A stretch of DNA of 64,000 nucleotides from Phoronis australis (GCA_002633005.1 NMRA01000665.1:124001-188000); one strand, 5' to 3'; positions 26,196 to 39,890 are shown, numbered from the stretch's first letter. Notes: generated from the sequence alone by a model not told the origin. Numbers and translations: made by a program.

Positions 26196-29100
26196 GACAC
26201 ACGTGCAGTAGGAGGCAGTTTCTAGCATACTAGTACTTGTAAAATGAGAAAATATTCGTTCCACATCACCAATGCATCCTCCCGATTGTCGAAATATCCA
26301 GCTTTCTTGCTGGTTGTGGTTAGGTCAGAACAAAATATGGATTATGTCGTCTCCTCCAGAAGAGACCTCTAGTGGCAATTGAAGAAATTTGATATCCACT
26401 CCCAGCCTCGTCCCCAAGCGTCAAGTTGCGGCGCTGATTTGACTAGGCTTGCAAACGCCGAGTCCCAGTTTTTCAATAACATTTAGGAAGCTGACGATGT
26501 ATGGCGAGTGACATATTTTCATTTAAAAACAGATCGCAAACTCTGTCGTTGTTCCTGGCGTCGTCCGCCGCTTACTCCTTGACATGTAGAGCCAACTAGA
26601 ACGACGGAGTCTCAACTAACAATGGCAAACGATGCGCTGAAGTTGCAAATTTTAGCAATCTGGAGACTGAACGATTCATGCATTATGAAAATAAGATATT
26701 TAAACCTTGAGTTGATATTGCATGTTTGAGTCAGCTCAACTCAGTTCAGTTTTATCCCTCGACTAGTCTAACAGTCGCACCGGCTCAGCTCAGCACTGTG
26801 AAAAGATTGAGCGACTGCGTCGCGTTTGTTTTATTGAAAGCACAATAGAAATATTGTTATGTTTTTGATTCAAAATACTTCTGTTTTTCAATACCTATGA
26901 TTGCTTGACAAATGCCGCTCATTGTGATTGGTTGTATTATGCTTCAGCAAATTTCAGTGATATTACTTTGTATTAGTCGTGATTCTCCTTCGATTTCCTT
27001 AAAACTGACAAGTCAGAATCCTTCCATAACTTCTCTTCTTCAGCAAGCCTCAAACAGCTAAGCCGCTCAGCGCGCTCTTTTTTAGGCTTGGGCGGAAAAG
27101 CGACTGTATTGTACGTACTCCGCAGTCTGACAACTCTCTGGAGGCGGTTTTGTCATCAGAATTCACGAAATTTCTCAACTCGGGCTCATAGTCGGGACTC
27201 GGAAAGGGGCCATATAACCGTCAGCAAAAACAGTAAATTACTACACTTGTAAGGCTAGCCGGGTTGTTGCATATTTTACATTGCTTGGGCTTTTTGAGTT
27301 TTGAAATGAAGCATCATCAATTCTCACAATATAAGCTTCTGGTTGTCAAAAAAGCATCTATGAATCTGTCGATTTTCATAAATACATAAACATACATATA
27401 AATCGGAAACCAACGAATTAGTTTATCAAAATGGAATGTTACTAAGCAATTTCTGAACGCATGCTCGCAGGACGGGGAACCGGGGGAGCAAGGGAGACAG
27501 GCCACACGCCTGGGTGTTTGGGGGGAAGGAGGGTTTCCCATGAAATTTTCCGAATTTATTCGTGTTCTGTTAACGTGTATTTTTTATTCATTTCGGAGGT
27601 AGCTATTACAGTTCACGAGTTAAGCTTGGACTCCAAAAAATCCCCACTTAAATATTTGTTAATGATTGCGAGTCCTTTGAGAATCCATGATAGACAAGTA
27701 CACGTGCATCGAAAATCGTGCCCCCCGACAGCCTTTTCGACATGTGCGAATTCCTTACAAAGAAATCCTATAGAATAACTACCATTATTGTTATACTGTG
27801 GGAAAAAGTAACAGTAATTTATTTTATAAACCATCGGAAATAATCCTTTTGTGTAATACAAAATAGTGGTATGTATGTTCTTCAAACTTCCACCATTTTG
27901 ATGATGGTCAATCGTATTGTCTTTTTCACACTTTTTGGTTATTTGAACTGAATGATTGACACTGCTGTGCTGTGCACGAATGTTTTGTGCTTGCTGATGA
28001 ATTTGGAATATCGCTCAGTCCCTCGCGAATACTTAGCAGTGTCAGATTTACATGTACGGGGACAAAGGGACAATACCCTCAAACCGCCCCACCGAGAGAT
28101 GGCCGCTTCTGAAAGAGGATCCCTTAAGATGATAGGCTAAATATCATTAACCATGGAAAAGGGTTACACTTAATTCTTTCATCCTGTGACCCTGCATGAA
28201 GTGACCTTCCTCACCCTGAAATGTTATACCATTTCTAACATTGGGTCCTCTGTCCGTGAGCGACCCCTTAAGAATTCATCTCAATAAAACACGGAAAGGG
28301 CTGCCACTTCAATGTCATCAACGCCTCCCCTCCAAGGGCTGCACCCCTAAATATGAAAAGTTCTATAGTTTCAAAAAACAGGAAATGGGCAGCAACTAAT
28401 ACTATCTGTCAGGTCATTAATTTTTCCCAAGTGATAAAAATTACGAGAAAAAAAGGAAAATATAGAGCTGCATCTGTCTCCATTATTCCTTGCCTGAGTG
28501 GGGCCTCTGGAAAAATATAGCTTTGCATTCAAAAAATTGTGTTATTGAATTTAAAGTCCTAGTGAATTCAATACGCTGCGTAACAGATGTGCTTTACCGA
28601 TGCTCTCTAATTTTTCGAAATACAAGTTTGAATGATTAAGTGCACGTTTTCAAGTGCGTTTAGGCGATTTATGCCGCAAAAGGAGCTCTTTAACAGCAAT
28701 GTCCCGGTCAGGGCCCTGATTGCACTGATTGTTGTCAAATGTTCTCTTGAATTTTCTCTTTTCTCCTTGTTTCGATGTTCGATATCTGTCTTTTCTCGAC
28801 TGCCCCTGGCCCCACAAAATATTTCATGTATGTCGGCTGCCACTGTTTAACCGTGCTTTCTTGTTGCTGCTCGGCAGTCCCCTAAATAGTATTTTTGCGC
28901 ATGCTGATGAATGTGTATCTGATGGCCAAGGCAAAATGGAATTCGCGGGTAAAGGATTCTGGGATTCTGGAACATCGGTATCGGGGTCACCAAGGCGACA
29001 GGAACTATTGGTGGAAGAACATGGAGGCGGTTATCATGGGGTGGGGGAGAATCGCCCATTCTTCCGGTCCCCATTTTCATATTATAGTGTTTTAACACCA

Positions 29101-29993
29101 TTAAAATTGGCACAGCAATCATTTATATTTTCGGGAAGCTCCATTTTCCATTAAAACAAAGTCAAACTCAGATTGCAACCAAACTATCTAAAACTTGAGG
29201 ATGTCCTGTTTCGATGGTCAAACCCACTGTTATCAGTTTCCTTCTTTTTGATAACATAGTAAGATTGAATTTTATCTTTACTGTTCCCTGTTATTTCAGT
29301 AAATTAAGAAGGACGACGTTAAAGAGGCCCCAATAAGAAGGTATTGATAAACTGGAAACAAATTATAGTGAATCGTTATCAACACGTTTTGTAAATATTT
29401 TTTTGAAATTAAAGTTTTATATTTTCACGTTCAGACTACTGTAAATGGCGTCAAATGCCTGAAATTCTGCTGGAATGGTAATAGCTCTAGTGCATGAGTG
29501 CGTGATTGAGTCAATGCGCCTTCATCTGAAATAATGGAGTGATTCCTTTTCAAAAAATGATACTCAATCTTTTAAGATTAATCTAAAAATTTGGTTTGAA
29601 TGGCACTGTTCTGAAATGTAATGTTAAATTGAATACACAAGTGTGAAAGCTTACTGATTTTTTAAAAAAGTAGTTCCTTGGCTTTTGCTCAACTGTTTCG
29701 CTCATACACTGTGTAGCGTGCGTCTGTATGCACATGCGGTGATGGCGTCGTAGATTGTGCATTGTGCATTGATTAAATTACTGGTGGTAAGTTGGCAAGT
29801 GTATTAGCATTTATTCTTCGTCAGCAATGTCCACGTAAAGACATAAAATATAGACATGCCCGCGCGCATATCGACCACGATCCACGTGATTACGAACCGT
29901 CAACCCTCTTGGTATTACATTCCATTTGAGCATTCACTTCTAATACAAGNTTAACATTCCAGTGTTTATTTTTGAAAGCGTACGCGTTGATTG

Positions 29994-30374
29994 GGCGTCT
30001 CGAAACCGCAGACCTAGAAAACTAGAAACATGAAAAAAGCACAAATGGATTTAGAAAACGTAGACCTAGAAGAATGACAGCATGTGGACGCTACAAATGG
30101 ACACGAGTGACTATAAAAACAGGACATTACAATTTTCACGAAAAACTAAAATTGCATGAAACAGAATAAGACAATATTTTAGAAAATATCACATAGTTTT
30201 GAGATTTCATCCTGAACATTTATTTCAAATAAATTTTGTCCATAGTATTGACACTGTTGTTTTGCTACAAGTTTTGCTACAATGTACGCTTTCTAGGTCT
30301 GCGTTTTCTGTCCACCTTTTATAGGGCTGAATTTCAGAGACCTGCGTTTTCTAGGTCTGCACTTTCGAGACACC
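29994..30374. mobile_element. MITE with GG...CC termini and subterminal GACCTAGAAAA repeats (ISL2EU/Harbinger-like)
   Basis: GGCGTCTCGAAACCGCAGACCTAGAAAA versus TTTTCTAGGTCTGCACTTTCGAGACACC, about 28-bp imperfect TIR, with internal repeats of the same motif at both ends. Confidence 0.75.
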
Positions 30375-30574
30375 AAGTGTCAGTTCCCAATGAAACGTCT
30401 CTGTTACTTTAGTTTAGCTTGTTCTCGTAACGTTACCACTATAAGAATTCTCTAAACTCTTACGCTGGATTTATTTTAGCCTTTTTGGAAAAACAGGAGC
30501 CATAATGGAGTCGTCGTTACTTACACTTTTGTAACAAATGACAGTTTATTCCATTCGCAACAAAAAGGTCTTAC

Positions 30575-30751
30575 CAGCTGCTGGGCATTCACCCTGATTG
30601 CAGATCGAATATGCAGAGGAGATGCCTTGGCAGTCTTTACCACCACCAGATGGCGGTGGGTCCACACACGCACGCACCTTGACTTGAGACCCGACGCCGC
30701 AAGGTGCGCTACAAGTGCCTGCCTTCTCCCAACTTGCCCACTTGCCGTCCA
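30575..30751 (-). CDS. Thrombospondin type-1 (TSP1) repeat exon
   Basis: Acceptor tcacag|, (V)DGKWASWEKAGTCSAPCGVGSQVKVRACVDPPPSGGGKDCQGISSAYSICNQGECPAA, donor G|gtaaga. WxxW, CSxxCGxG and six Cys are present. Symmetric phase 1-1, 177 nt. Confidence 0.92.
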
Positions 30752-32138
30752 CTGTGACAGGAAAATTAAAAGAACTGATTGCGATATCGAGATCATGTAT
30801 TATATAATATTAGAGCATTAAAAGTAATTACATGTCCTTCGCTTGCATCAATTTTTATAAACCGATAAAAGATTTCATTAAACGAAATATGTAAAGTAAG
30901 AAATGCCGGTCTTAACTTTTCCCAGTCCCCAAGCAAGTTCAGACGTCGAGGCTCCCTTCACTACCGATTTACATAATCTAGGGTCCACTGGCAATCGGCT
31001 CCTGCTATTTGCAGGGTATCGTTTCCATATTTTCAAAACCATTAAAAAAGCATAAGAGAGTTCTTGAAATTTTATGTTGTTGATATTGTTTTGCTTTGAA
31101 TTTGCCTTCCGTTTTTGCTAAATTTAAGTTAGACATAGGCGTGCAACCCAGTACATGACAAAACAGTATGAAGTGAAAACCAAATTGTACAGGCCCTCTG
31201 CTTTCAAGAAATCTATGTTTTTAGTAATTTATAATCTATAGTTTTGTAGCTAGATATTTGTACACTCAGACTTGTGGATTAGGCCCTACGTACCCTTTTA
31301 ACACTCAAAAGTGTTCACGTACAGATAGGAGCGACTCTCGTAATCATGCTTGCTAGTTAAACATCCAAATGAATACACGAGTTCAAATAATATGCAATAT
31401 CGGAGGCGCTAATTTTTGCTAAATCTAGACCCTTAAGGAAGCGGCTTGTAATTTACACTTAATTAACGGTAAGTTGCGGACGGAATTGAAATTCTCGTTA
31501 GCAACATCCTTTTCTCATTAACATAATCACTGTAAGAACACGTAATAACCGCTAAATTTATCGATCGCGTACATTTTCTCTATTCTTTCCCAAATCTGCA
31601 TCCCGGCGGAGTACAATAGGAGCACTAATGATCGGTTCTTATCAATTTCAAGTGACGTGTTTAGACAGTAGACGCAAATAATTATTGCTCTTTTAATGGT
31701 AAGAGATTTTATAGTTCACTTCCTTGGACTTATAACTTCCATATTTAAGTAACACGTGACGACGAGGGAATGTATTTGAAACGTTAAATATTATTCGGAA
31801 AATATTTATGAATTAAGGCTCTGACTTTGTTGTTTGAGACTGATGTTGGATGTCCCTGGTATGGTGCAAATTGGGCGTGTCGGCCCTTCAAGTAAGATAC
31901 CTGACGTGTGAACATCGCAAAACGAGCAAAAAACTTGTTAAATTAATACATGCAAGTTTTTTTGAATACTACACTTCTCATGCCTTCCTCAAACCACACG
32001 ACACGACTGATCTCAGTTCACCCACACTCTCCCATGGTAAAATAGTCCCGAGTAGGGACAGAAGATTGCACACTACGCACAAAGCGCCACTCATCTCGCC
32101 TCAAACAAACAATGCAACAACAATAGCCTCGTGATTTA

Positions 32139-32250
32139 ATTGTTAGCCTATGATAGGACATTGTTAGCCTATGATAGGACATTGTTAGCCTATGATAGGA
32201 CATTGTTAGCCTATGATAGGACATTGTTAGCCTATGATAGGACATTGTTA
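32139..32250. repeat. Perfect 21-bp minisatellite ATTGTTAGCCTATGATAGGAC x5.3
   Basis: Five identical units plus 7 nt. Confidence 0.97.
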
Positions 32251-32411
32251 CCAGTTGAGGTGAATCGTAAACCACCATTCATATATGTAATTACATGTAC
32301 ACGACACAACTCATCATAGTCGAGCTGAGTTGAGATCAGCCGCATTTTGGAGCCGCGCTTGCGCCGCTCAACCCTGTTTTCATCTTATGGAAACGCTGAT
32401 ACTTAACCAAC

Positions 32412-32836
32412 CTCGTGGAACAAACGCGTATATCTGGTGGTCGTTGGCAACAAGTTTTGTAAGAGGATGGTGACCGTCATAAAACAGTTGTGCACCGCAT
32501 TGCACGTCACGAACCATTCCTCCCGTTCCTTTGAAATTGACCAGAAACTTGAACTCCTTGCTGAGCTTGACATCTTGGTTCTCGCCAATTTTGAAGTCCT
32601 CGTAAATTACCTCATTGTGGGTAAATTTATCCCTCTCCTCCTGAACTAACGTTTTCAAACTGGAAGTATAAATAACCGTTAAAGGGCATCGTTCCTCTGT
32701 CCACAGGGTAATGGATGATTCCAGAAAATAATCTATTTTGTAGCTTTGCAGATATTCAGCTAAATAGTTACGCAGACTTGCCAATAATGTCCCACACAAC
32801 CGGTTTGCGTCTTTGGAACATTGCATAACGGCTGTT
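32412..32836 (-). CDS. Putative exon of unknown domain upstream of the TSP1 exon
   Basis: Open frame of more than 160 codons (...QCSKDANRLCG...FKFLVNFKGTGG...QIYAFVPR) ending in a phase-1 donor G|gttggt compatible with the TSP1 exon. 5' boundary uncertain (weak acceptor at 32837; frame stays open to about 32936). Confidence 0.6.
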
Positions 32837-32944
32837 CTGTGTACATGTATGTGAGGCTGATTCAAACAGCGCATTTCCTCGATAATTGAAATGGCATGTG
32901 GATCGTGACGTTGTAAAAAGTTATCGTGGTCATACTTTTATTAA

Positions 32945-33467
32945 AGAGGCATGGAACGCGAAAACTGGTAAAAATAGCTTTCAATTCTTGACGAAATTAT
33001 CATCTCGCAACATCTAGTAGAGAGTAATTCACTTTAACCTGTGAGGAAATTTCCAGAAAAAAGCAATATTCACGATTTTTGAAACACGTGCGATGGAACA
33101 ACTGTGGTTTCTAATGTCCCTCTCACTTATAATAAATGCGTGCATGCGTTTACAGTCAGTTGCTTGAAGTCGCTTGAGGTCAAAGGTCACATTTTCCACA
33201 AAAGGGAATGTGCTACTTTTATGTCTTGCTATATCAAATAAGGAGACGTGCTTTGCCTTGTGGGACTAAAATCGACGAAATGGCGAGCAGTTGACTAGTA
33301 TTTTTTTGAAATTTGAAACTAAAAGAATGTGGTTTGATATCAACAGAAAATAAAAATATTTACGAACAAACCATAAAATATCTGGTGAGCAGGTTGAATT
33401 CTGTTTTAGTGGCAGAGAATCACTTTCAGTATTGCAATTTAGTCTGTTTATCGCGTTCCAGGCCTAT
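32945..33467. mobile_element. Non-autonomous Kolobok-like DNA transposon with TTAA target duplication
   Basis: TTAA|AGAGGCATGGAACGCGA ... TCGCGTTCCAGGCCTAT|TTAA. TTAA at 32941-32944 and 33468-33471. Purine-purine terminus rather than the piggyBac CCC. Confidence 0.75.
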
Positions 33468-34862
33468 TTAATACAAGTTTTTAAGCTACATTCTAATCAT
33501 TCATCTCAATTTCATTGTAAATTGTCGAGTGAAGCATTGACCTATTTTTGTCAAAAATGTATGTTTGACGCTTCGGACTATTTCTGGCAACCGTAACTGC
33601 TGCTCTGTCGTTTCCCGGCCGCAATATAGATAAGTTAGCTCTCACACACGTTTCACTAGCAGGCTTGCCATGTGAACCCAGCCTACAATATAGAGGGGCT
33701 CGAATTTTTCGATATGCGGACCTTTTACTGACATAAACCAACGAGGACTAAAAAAAAACGGGCCAGTACATGTAGGTTCAGGCCTGCGAATTGTGCATCC
33801 GAGCAGATTTCCTGTGGACTTTTGTCTCNCATGCTTGCAGACACCTACTTTTCACACAGATTTTTTTATCTGGTGTCTGTAATTTTGGGAGTAGTTATAG
33901 GTCGTCTTTGTATCGCATGGCAGCCTAGTTTGTGTACTCTTGTTCGCTTTGTGATGGTTGTTATGGTTCTAGCCCGTGGTCTCAAGACACAGAAATGTGG
34001 ACGACTACACGTAGGAGCTCTCTGAAATATCGGTACCTGCATAGGTTTTGCATTTACTGTCTTCGTAAGTGACAAGACAGAGGTCACCCCTGACTTAATC
34101 TTAAATAAGAGTTGAAAAATGAGGAAAAACTGTTGAGCGTTTGACATCTTCAATTGAATAATTGAGCTATCAAGAGATGTGTAACGAAAGTCGGCAGACA
34201 GCTTTGCGTTTCGGCAGTCGTTAAGCATTGCCAGTTAATCAACAGAGTAAACAAGAGTTTGGAATTTGAACGAAGGAAGGAGGTCATCATGTTTTTCACA
34301 GAGGTTACATCTATTTCGATGCACGCGTACAATTGGTCTTTCTGCAGATACGCTGTAAATGGAGGCGTCTCACTACAATTTATTTTGGTCATCCATAGCG
34401 GAATTAACCCAACCAATGAAGACAGGGAACACAAACCTATTTTTCCAATCAACACTAGGTAACCAGGTTGAAAGATGTCCTACATTTCTTTTACATAAAA
34501 GGTCAGTGAAATTATTTATACTGAATCCCCCTCAAAAAGGTTCTAATTAAGCACAAATCTCATTTTACATAATGAAGTGATACTTGCAAATACATCGTAT
34601 TAATCGACTGAAACAAGTACTACTGCATCCGAAGAAACAGGCTGCACAGTTGAACTCCAACATAAACAGGTGGCGCTGTTTGTTGTACCATGGGTGCGAG
34701 GACAACACCCGCGCTATCGTGCGTTTTGTTGGAGAGGAAGTTCCAGGTTGCCTCAAACGTCTTCACGGACGTTTTCTCTACCTGGCGGCATGCTTTGTCC
34801 TGGTCGTGTGAGCAGACGTGAAGAAAAACTGTCTACAGATTCATGACTCTCAGCAACGACTT

Positions 34863-37051
34863 CAGGGCTCGACGCTATTAAAATCGCCAGGTCGCATTTT
34901 GCGACCTAGCCAAAATCCCAGGTCGCATTTTCAAAATCCAGCTGGCATTCGTAAATTCCAGGTCGCAAAATTTTCCCGCCATTTTTAAGCGCCAAAATAG
35001 ATTTTTTAGATCATCGAGAAAATGTTTAGATTATGCTCTTACCTGCAGCGTTAAATACTCACAAATTTCGGATCTCAAAATTGACTTCATTCATGCAGGT
35101 ACGGCCTTACTGTTCTTCACGACCGCCATTGAAAGTCTCTAGAGCGCAAGGCAAGTTGCCGGCGTGAAAGTTGAATCAGTGCTCTCTAACTGACTCGTGC
35201 ATTCGAGTAGCTAAATTTGCGATGTGAAAAGGGAGAAAATGCCCGTTGAAAAAGTATCCGGGATTTTGTTAGATCTGGTCTTCTCACTGGCCGTCATCAA
35301 AGTCGTTAACGATTCAAACTAACTCGGGTAATCGCGAGTTTGCTCTTCAATACCTTCCAAGTACGGGAAAAATAGGTCAGTCGCAAAACGACACGCATGT
35401 CACTAGTGTTAATTTTCTTTCCGAGGTATAAAACAAAGCCGGGATTTGGTTTTTACATGCTGTGAAAAGACGTTTTAGAAAACTGAAGTTGTGTAAAATG
35501 AAAGTGACACACACCATATAAACTGCGTGTCAATTTTAAACCACACGCGGTCGTTTGTAGTGCGCAATGATGGGCGCTAGCTTGAACTGTGGGCGCTTAA
35601 TTGGAAATTCTCAAAATTTAAGGGAGGACTTTTAATAGATCAGTGAGCGCTTATTATGAAACACTTTAAAGGTAGGGAGTAGGCTTGTGCGTGAGCATAG
35701 TCGTTAACCTCAGTGTTTGCGGTAATAAGATATTAAAACGCTGCAATGGTAAGAAACATTATAATAATACGATTTTGCGAGGCAAACTCCATCTGGTAGG
35801 GGTGACTTTCTGGATATCGTTACCACCTACATTGTACCCTTTTTAGCCACCCGGAATGATTTTTTAACTGCCCGCTTCAGCCGGAACAAGGTTGTTTCTA
35901 TAGAAGTCTGAACATTTTACGGCGACGGTGGTTCGGGGAGCGAAAAGTTGCCGGGGGGGGGGGCGTATAAAGAGAAGAATGAAAAGTTCGCTAACTGGAA
36001 CCACAATTTCGCATCTAGTGCCAGTTTAGTTGCAATAACTGGCTACGGGCATAGAATACAGGGTTTACAGAACATCGACCTCGGGAAACATCGGAACAGA
36101 ATAACGTTAGTTCTGGGTTATATCGGTCCCGGGACATCGGGTCTTTTATAACCGCTGGGAATCTGAGTTCATTTTCAAATAAACCAGAGCCAAGCCGGTA
36201 TACTCTTTCATTTAGGACTGTCGCTGTTCTTTGAAGTGGTGCGCACGCGTGAGTTCACGCACTTGAATCGCTGGAGTAGGCCTACACTTTACGTTGGCAA
36301 CAACGTGTGAAAGACAAATCATATTTCGCGCACGTAGCCCCAGAAACAAGTAAAGGGTTTGAGAATTTCTTGGAAAATTGAAAGTAAAGACGTGACCGTC
36401 GTTTGGCGATTAACAAGGTTGTCATTTTCACTTTGGCTGTCTTAATACGATAAAAGGAGAAGCATACCTCAGTCTAAGTCACGATTGTCTGCCGGGACCG
36501 CTTGCGCGCTAATGGTGCCGCAGTGCGATATCAGGGATATTGTCGTGGATATTTGGTACATGTAATAAGGACATCTTATGTGAAAAATAAGCATTTTTGT
36601 CCACCACAAAGTTTGGTAAGTTGATCGCTTAAGAATTAATAGAAACACCGTTGTTTTGTGAAGTTTTATCACGTGTAAGCAGTGGCCCGAAACTTTCTTC
36701 GGCGAATCCGGGAATTTACAAAAGTGGCCGAAAGTGTTAGCCAATGAAACGCGTCAAAGATCGATTCTGCATATCCCATGTTCACGCGACTTGCTTACAA
36801 GTCATCGGGAGGCCTGTTCTCGGTTAGTGTTCTTTTGAACTTGTATTTGGCAACAACCAAATAACGGTCGGATTAACAAGAGCTGCTGTGTATTTGCCAG
36901 GTATCTGTTGAGATGTGTAAAAACTCAGCTCGCATTCGTTGGAAATTACAGGTCGCATTTTGCGACTTTATACGAGCTGACAAAAATCTCAGCTCGCATT
37001 TCCAAATTTCAGGTCGCAAATGCGACCTGCAGCTCGTTATGTCGAGCCCTG
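34863..37051. mobile_element. Non-autonomous hAT-like DNA transposon, 2189 bp, 5-bp TSD GACTT
   Basis: Perfect 11-bp TIR CAGGGCTCGAC/GTCGAGCCCTG. GACTT at 34858-34862 and 37052-37056. Clustered subterminal CAG(G/C)TCGCA motifs at both ends. No transposase ORF. Confidence 0.88.
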
Positions 37052-37425
37052 GACTTTAAGCATGTGATTCAAGTATGCGACTCTAAAGCCAGATAAGGTG
37101 AATGTGAACGTATTCATTAGACAAAACTCTAACAATTTCCTGCAATAGTACTTCCGGAGTGTGTATGTATCATCAATCGTAAAGCGACCAAAAAATAGAA
37201 CGAAAATGTCTTCTACGAGCCCAATGATAGCGGTAGCTTCGTGGTGAGTGTCACGCTTGCGCGTGGTTCAAGCTAAGTTTCGGGGTAAAAGTTCCTTGTG
37301 CGTGGCATGAGATTTCGAGGTATGTGATCAATGTTGTATAGTTTTTTAAAAGTTCTGATTTGCGGCAATCTGTTACGTGTTGTGCAGCTTGTTTCAAGAG
37401 TTCCATTTCGCAGACCACAATTTAC

Positions 37426-37595
37426 CTGCACATCAAACGTAAATCTGACGCCACGCTCACGTTTGCTAGAGTCGCGGACACATTCGCCTTGAAGACATTG
37501 ACCCCTCTAAAGTAATGTAGTGGAGCTGTTTTGCTGCCGTCACCTTCATGCTTGGCAGTCACAGTAAGAGTGGGGATGTCCTGGGCCACAGCATT
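37426..37595 (-). CDS. Putative exon 2 of a secreted protein (tentatively the TSP1-containing gene)
   Basis: Strong acceptor ccatttgcag| and donor CAG|gtaaat. Only the phase-0 frame is open: NAVAQDIPTLTVTAKHEGDG...DLRLMC. Completes a signal peptide with the 42158-42214 exon. Confidence 0.55.
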
Positions 37596-39174
37596 CTGCA
37601 AATGGATACAAGGCAATGAGATGTGACTCTCTCTTTAAGCATCATCAAACCCGTGCTCGCGTTGAAAATAAGTTTTGATCAAGACCACTCATCGTTAATA
37701 TCTTGGTCCTTGCTCAGTTTGGAAGTTTTCTCTCCGCTTGGCATGAACTGGCAGTTTTGCTATTACCAAGCTCATTAAGATTGCAGATCAGTGGCTGTCA
37801 CATTTTACCACGTAGATGGGAAGGTGTAGGTTGTCACTGACAGGTACTTATAGCTTTCAGTGCTATGACAGACTGAAAACTGGTTCGAGAAAATTAACGT
37901 TATCAATCTCGACCTTACGTCCACAAGTCTACTCAAAGAAAACAGCCTGTGTAATGTCTGTTTTATGCTCCAGCCAGTGCTGCGAAGCGTTGAATTGTAA
38001 TGAACCCCTGAGACAACTCCAGCAACTGTTGCACTCGTTGACTCAACGTGCTGTATCTCTATTAACTAACACTGCAACTGATAACTATTTAGCTGCACCT
38101 CAAATGTAACCTATCAACTGTAGCCTCTTACGAACGTTTCGACTATTCAAGCACATTCCAGTATTTTCAGGAATCAACTCTAGAATGGTCTAGTCTATGG
38201 ACCCAAATTAATGACTAACATACTGGAATTTTCTGGAAAGTTCTCTAGTTTTCTGTCGTTAACAAATTGCGTCATTACTGGCCTGGCTCCCTGGGTCAGG
38301 TCAAGTGGCATCTACTTCTTAAAGTAGGAAAGCCAAATAAAATTTCAATTAGCTAAAACCAGTGTCAGTCTACTCCTGACCGTGACATAGAACATTATAA
38401 GGTTGATCTGAAGAAATAACGCATTTTCAAGTCCTTTGAAGTCCTGAAGTCACCTGACTAAAAACACTATGAGACCAATCCATTACAGTATATATGTAAG
38501 TGGCGTAAATTGAAATTTGAGGTTGAAGGCGAGTTTATAGACCCTTTAAGAAATGGAAATCAACAAAATGGTGTCGTATACATGTAAAAACAGTCGTTAT
38601 CAGGAGGAAGATTTGAACTTACCAATATCAATAAAATCGGACCACTAAAAGGTCACTTTCACATTAACACAGTAATTCCCATGTTTTGAGGAGTTGCGCT
38701 TAATAAAAAAGCCCTCCCAGACTTACAGAGCCATTGCAACTCCTCTCAAAGTAGGTGTATTAACGTGCGATCTTGGGCAACACAGGTGTTGGGCAAAGAG
38801 GTAAGTGGCACTTTACAATGGGTGATTGGACATTCAGGGCAGGGCGGTTTGGCGGCAGTTTTAAGGTAAACATCACCTGTAGGCTCAGTGAGTCCAGTTT
38901 GCTTGTATTTGTGAACATGTTGGTCACGAGAAAACTTCCTTAGTTCAGCTATAGATACATTTTTTTCATGATGGCGGTTTCCTATAGCATTTTTGAATGT
39001 TCATTATGAAATAATCAGTACAATAAAAATAAAGACCTAGAAAGCGCCAAGAGGCATTGTATCTGAGCTAAACAAATACAAAGAAATCTATATACAATTA
39101 TACACAAATACATAAATTAATAAACTGATGTCAATATTAAATTGAAATATTTACGGAACCTGGTGTTGATGAGA

Positions 39175-39890
39175 GTGAGAAGACACCTTCAATTTGACTT
39201 TGTAAGTTCGGCCTTCCAGATAGAATTTTAAATGTAGGAGGAGAGTGCCTGAGAAACCAGAACGTTGTAATTTATGTAGACGCAAATCACGGGGAACGAC
39301 ATCAAAAGCTGACGCAACATCTAAAAATACGGATCTAACGTTGTACCCTTGCTCAAACTGTACGTGGATTTCATGTAATTCCTGAAAGTTGGGACTTAGT
39401 GCTGTTACCAGGCATGAATCCAAATCGGCGACGACAGATGAAGTTTTATGATGAGAGGTGATCAAACACAAATATTTTTTTTCTAAAATTTTGAATAAGG
39501 TGTTAAGAAGAGTTATGGGGAGATTGTATGCAACATCTGTTTTGGAGTCCTCTTGCGTATTGGTATCATAACACTACAGTTAAAGTTCAAAGGAAATTTC
39601 CAAATTGTAGTATTTTGTTGTAAAATGTTGTCAAAGAAACTGTAAGCTCTCTTGCTATTTTCTTGGTCATTTTATTAGTTATTAGAACGGTACCGTCGTT
39701 TTTGATTTCATCCATGTTTTCTAGTAGTTTTCAAACTCCAGATGAGTGGTTTTGTATGTCCTGTTTGGAAATTCGGGAATGGTTGTTGTTGGAGCAATGT
39801 GACTCTTGGCGATGAAGTCTAGAAATAGCTTACCTTTTTCAGCTTTGGATGACGCCTGGGCGTTGGATTTCTTTGAGTGGATGGTGCATT
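39175..39890 (-). mobile_element. Decayed non-LTR retrotransposon (LINE, CR1/L2-type) reverse transcriptase fragment
   Basis: VRSVFLDVASAFDVVPRDLRLHKLQRSGFSGTLLLHLKFYLEGRTYKV matches the RT FLDxxxAFDxV motif. Upstream frameshifted remnant reads IPIRK..DSKTDVAYNLPITLLNTLFKILEK. Confidence 0.85.
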
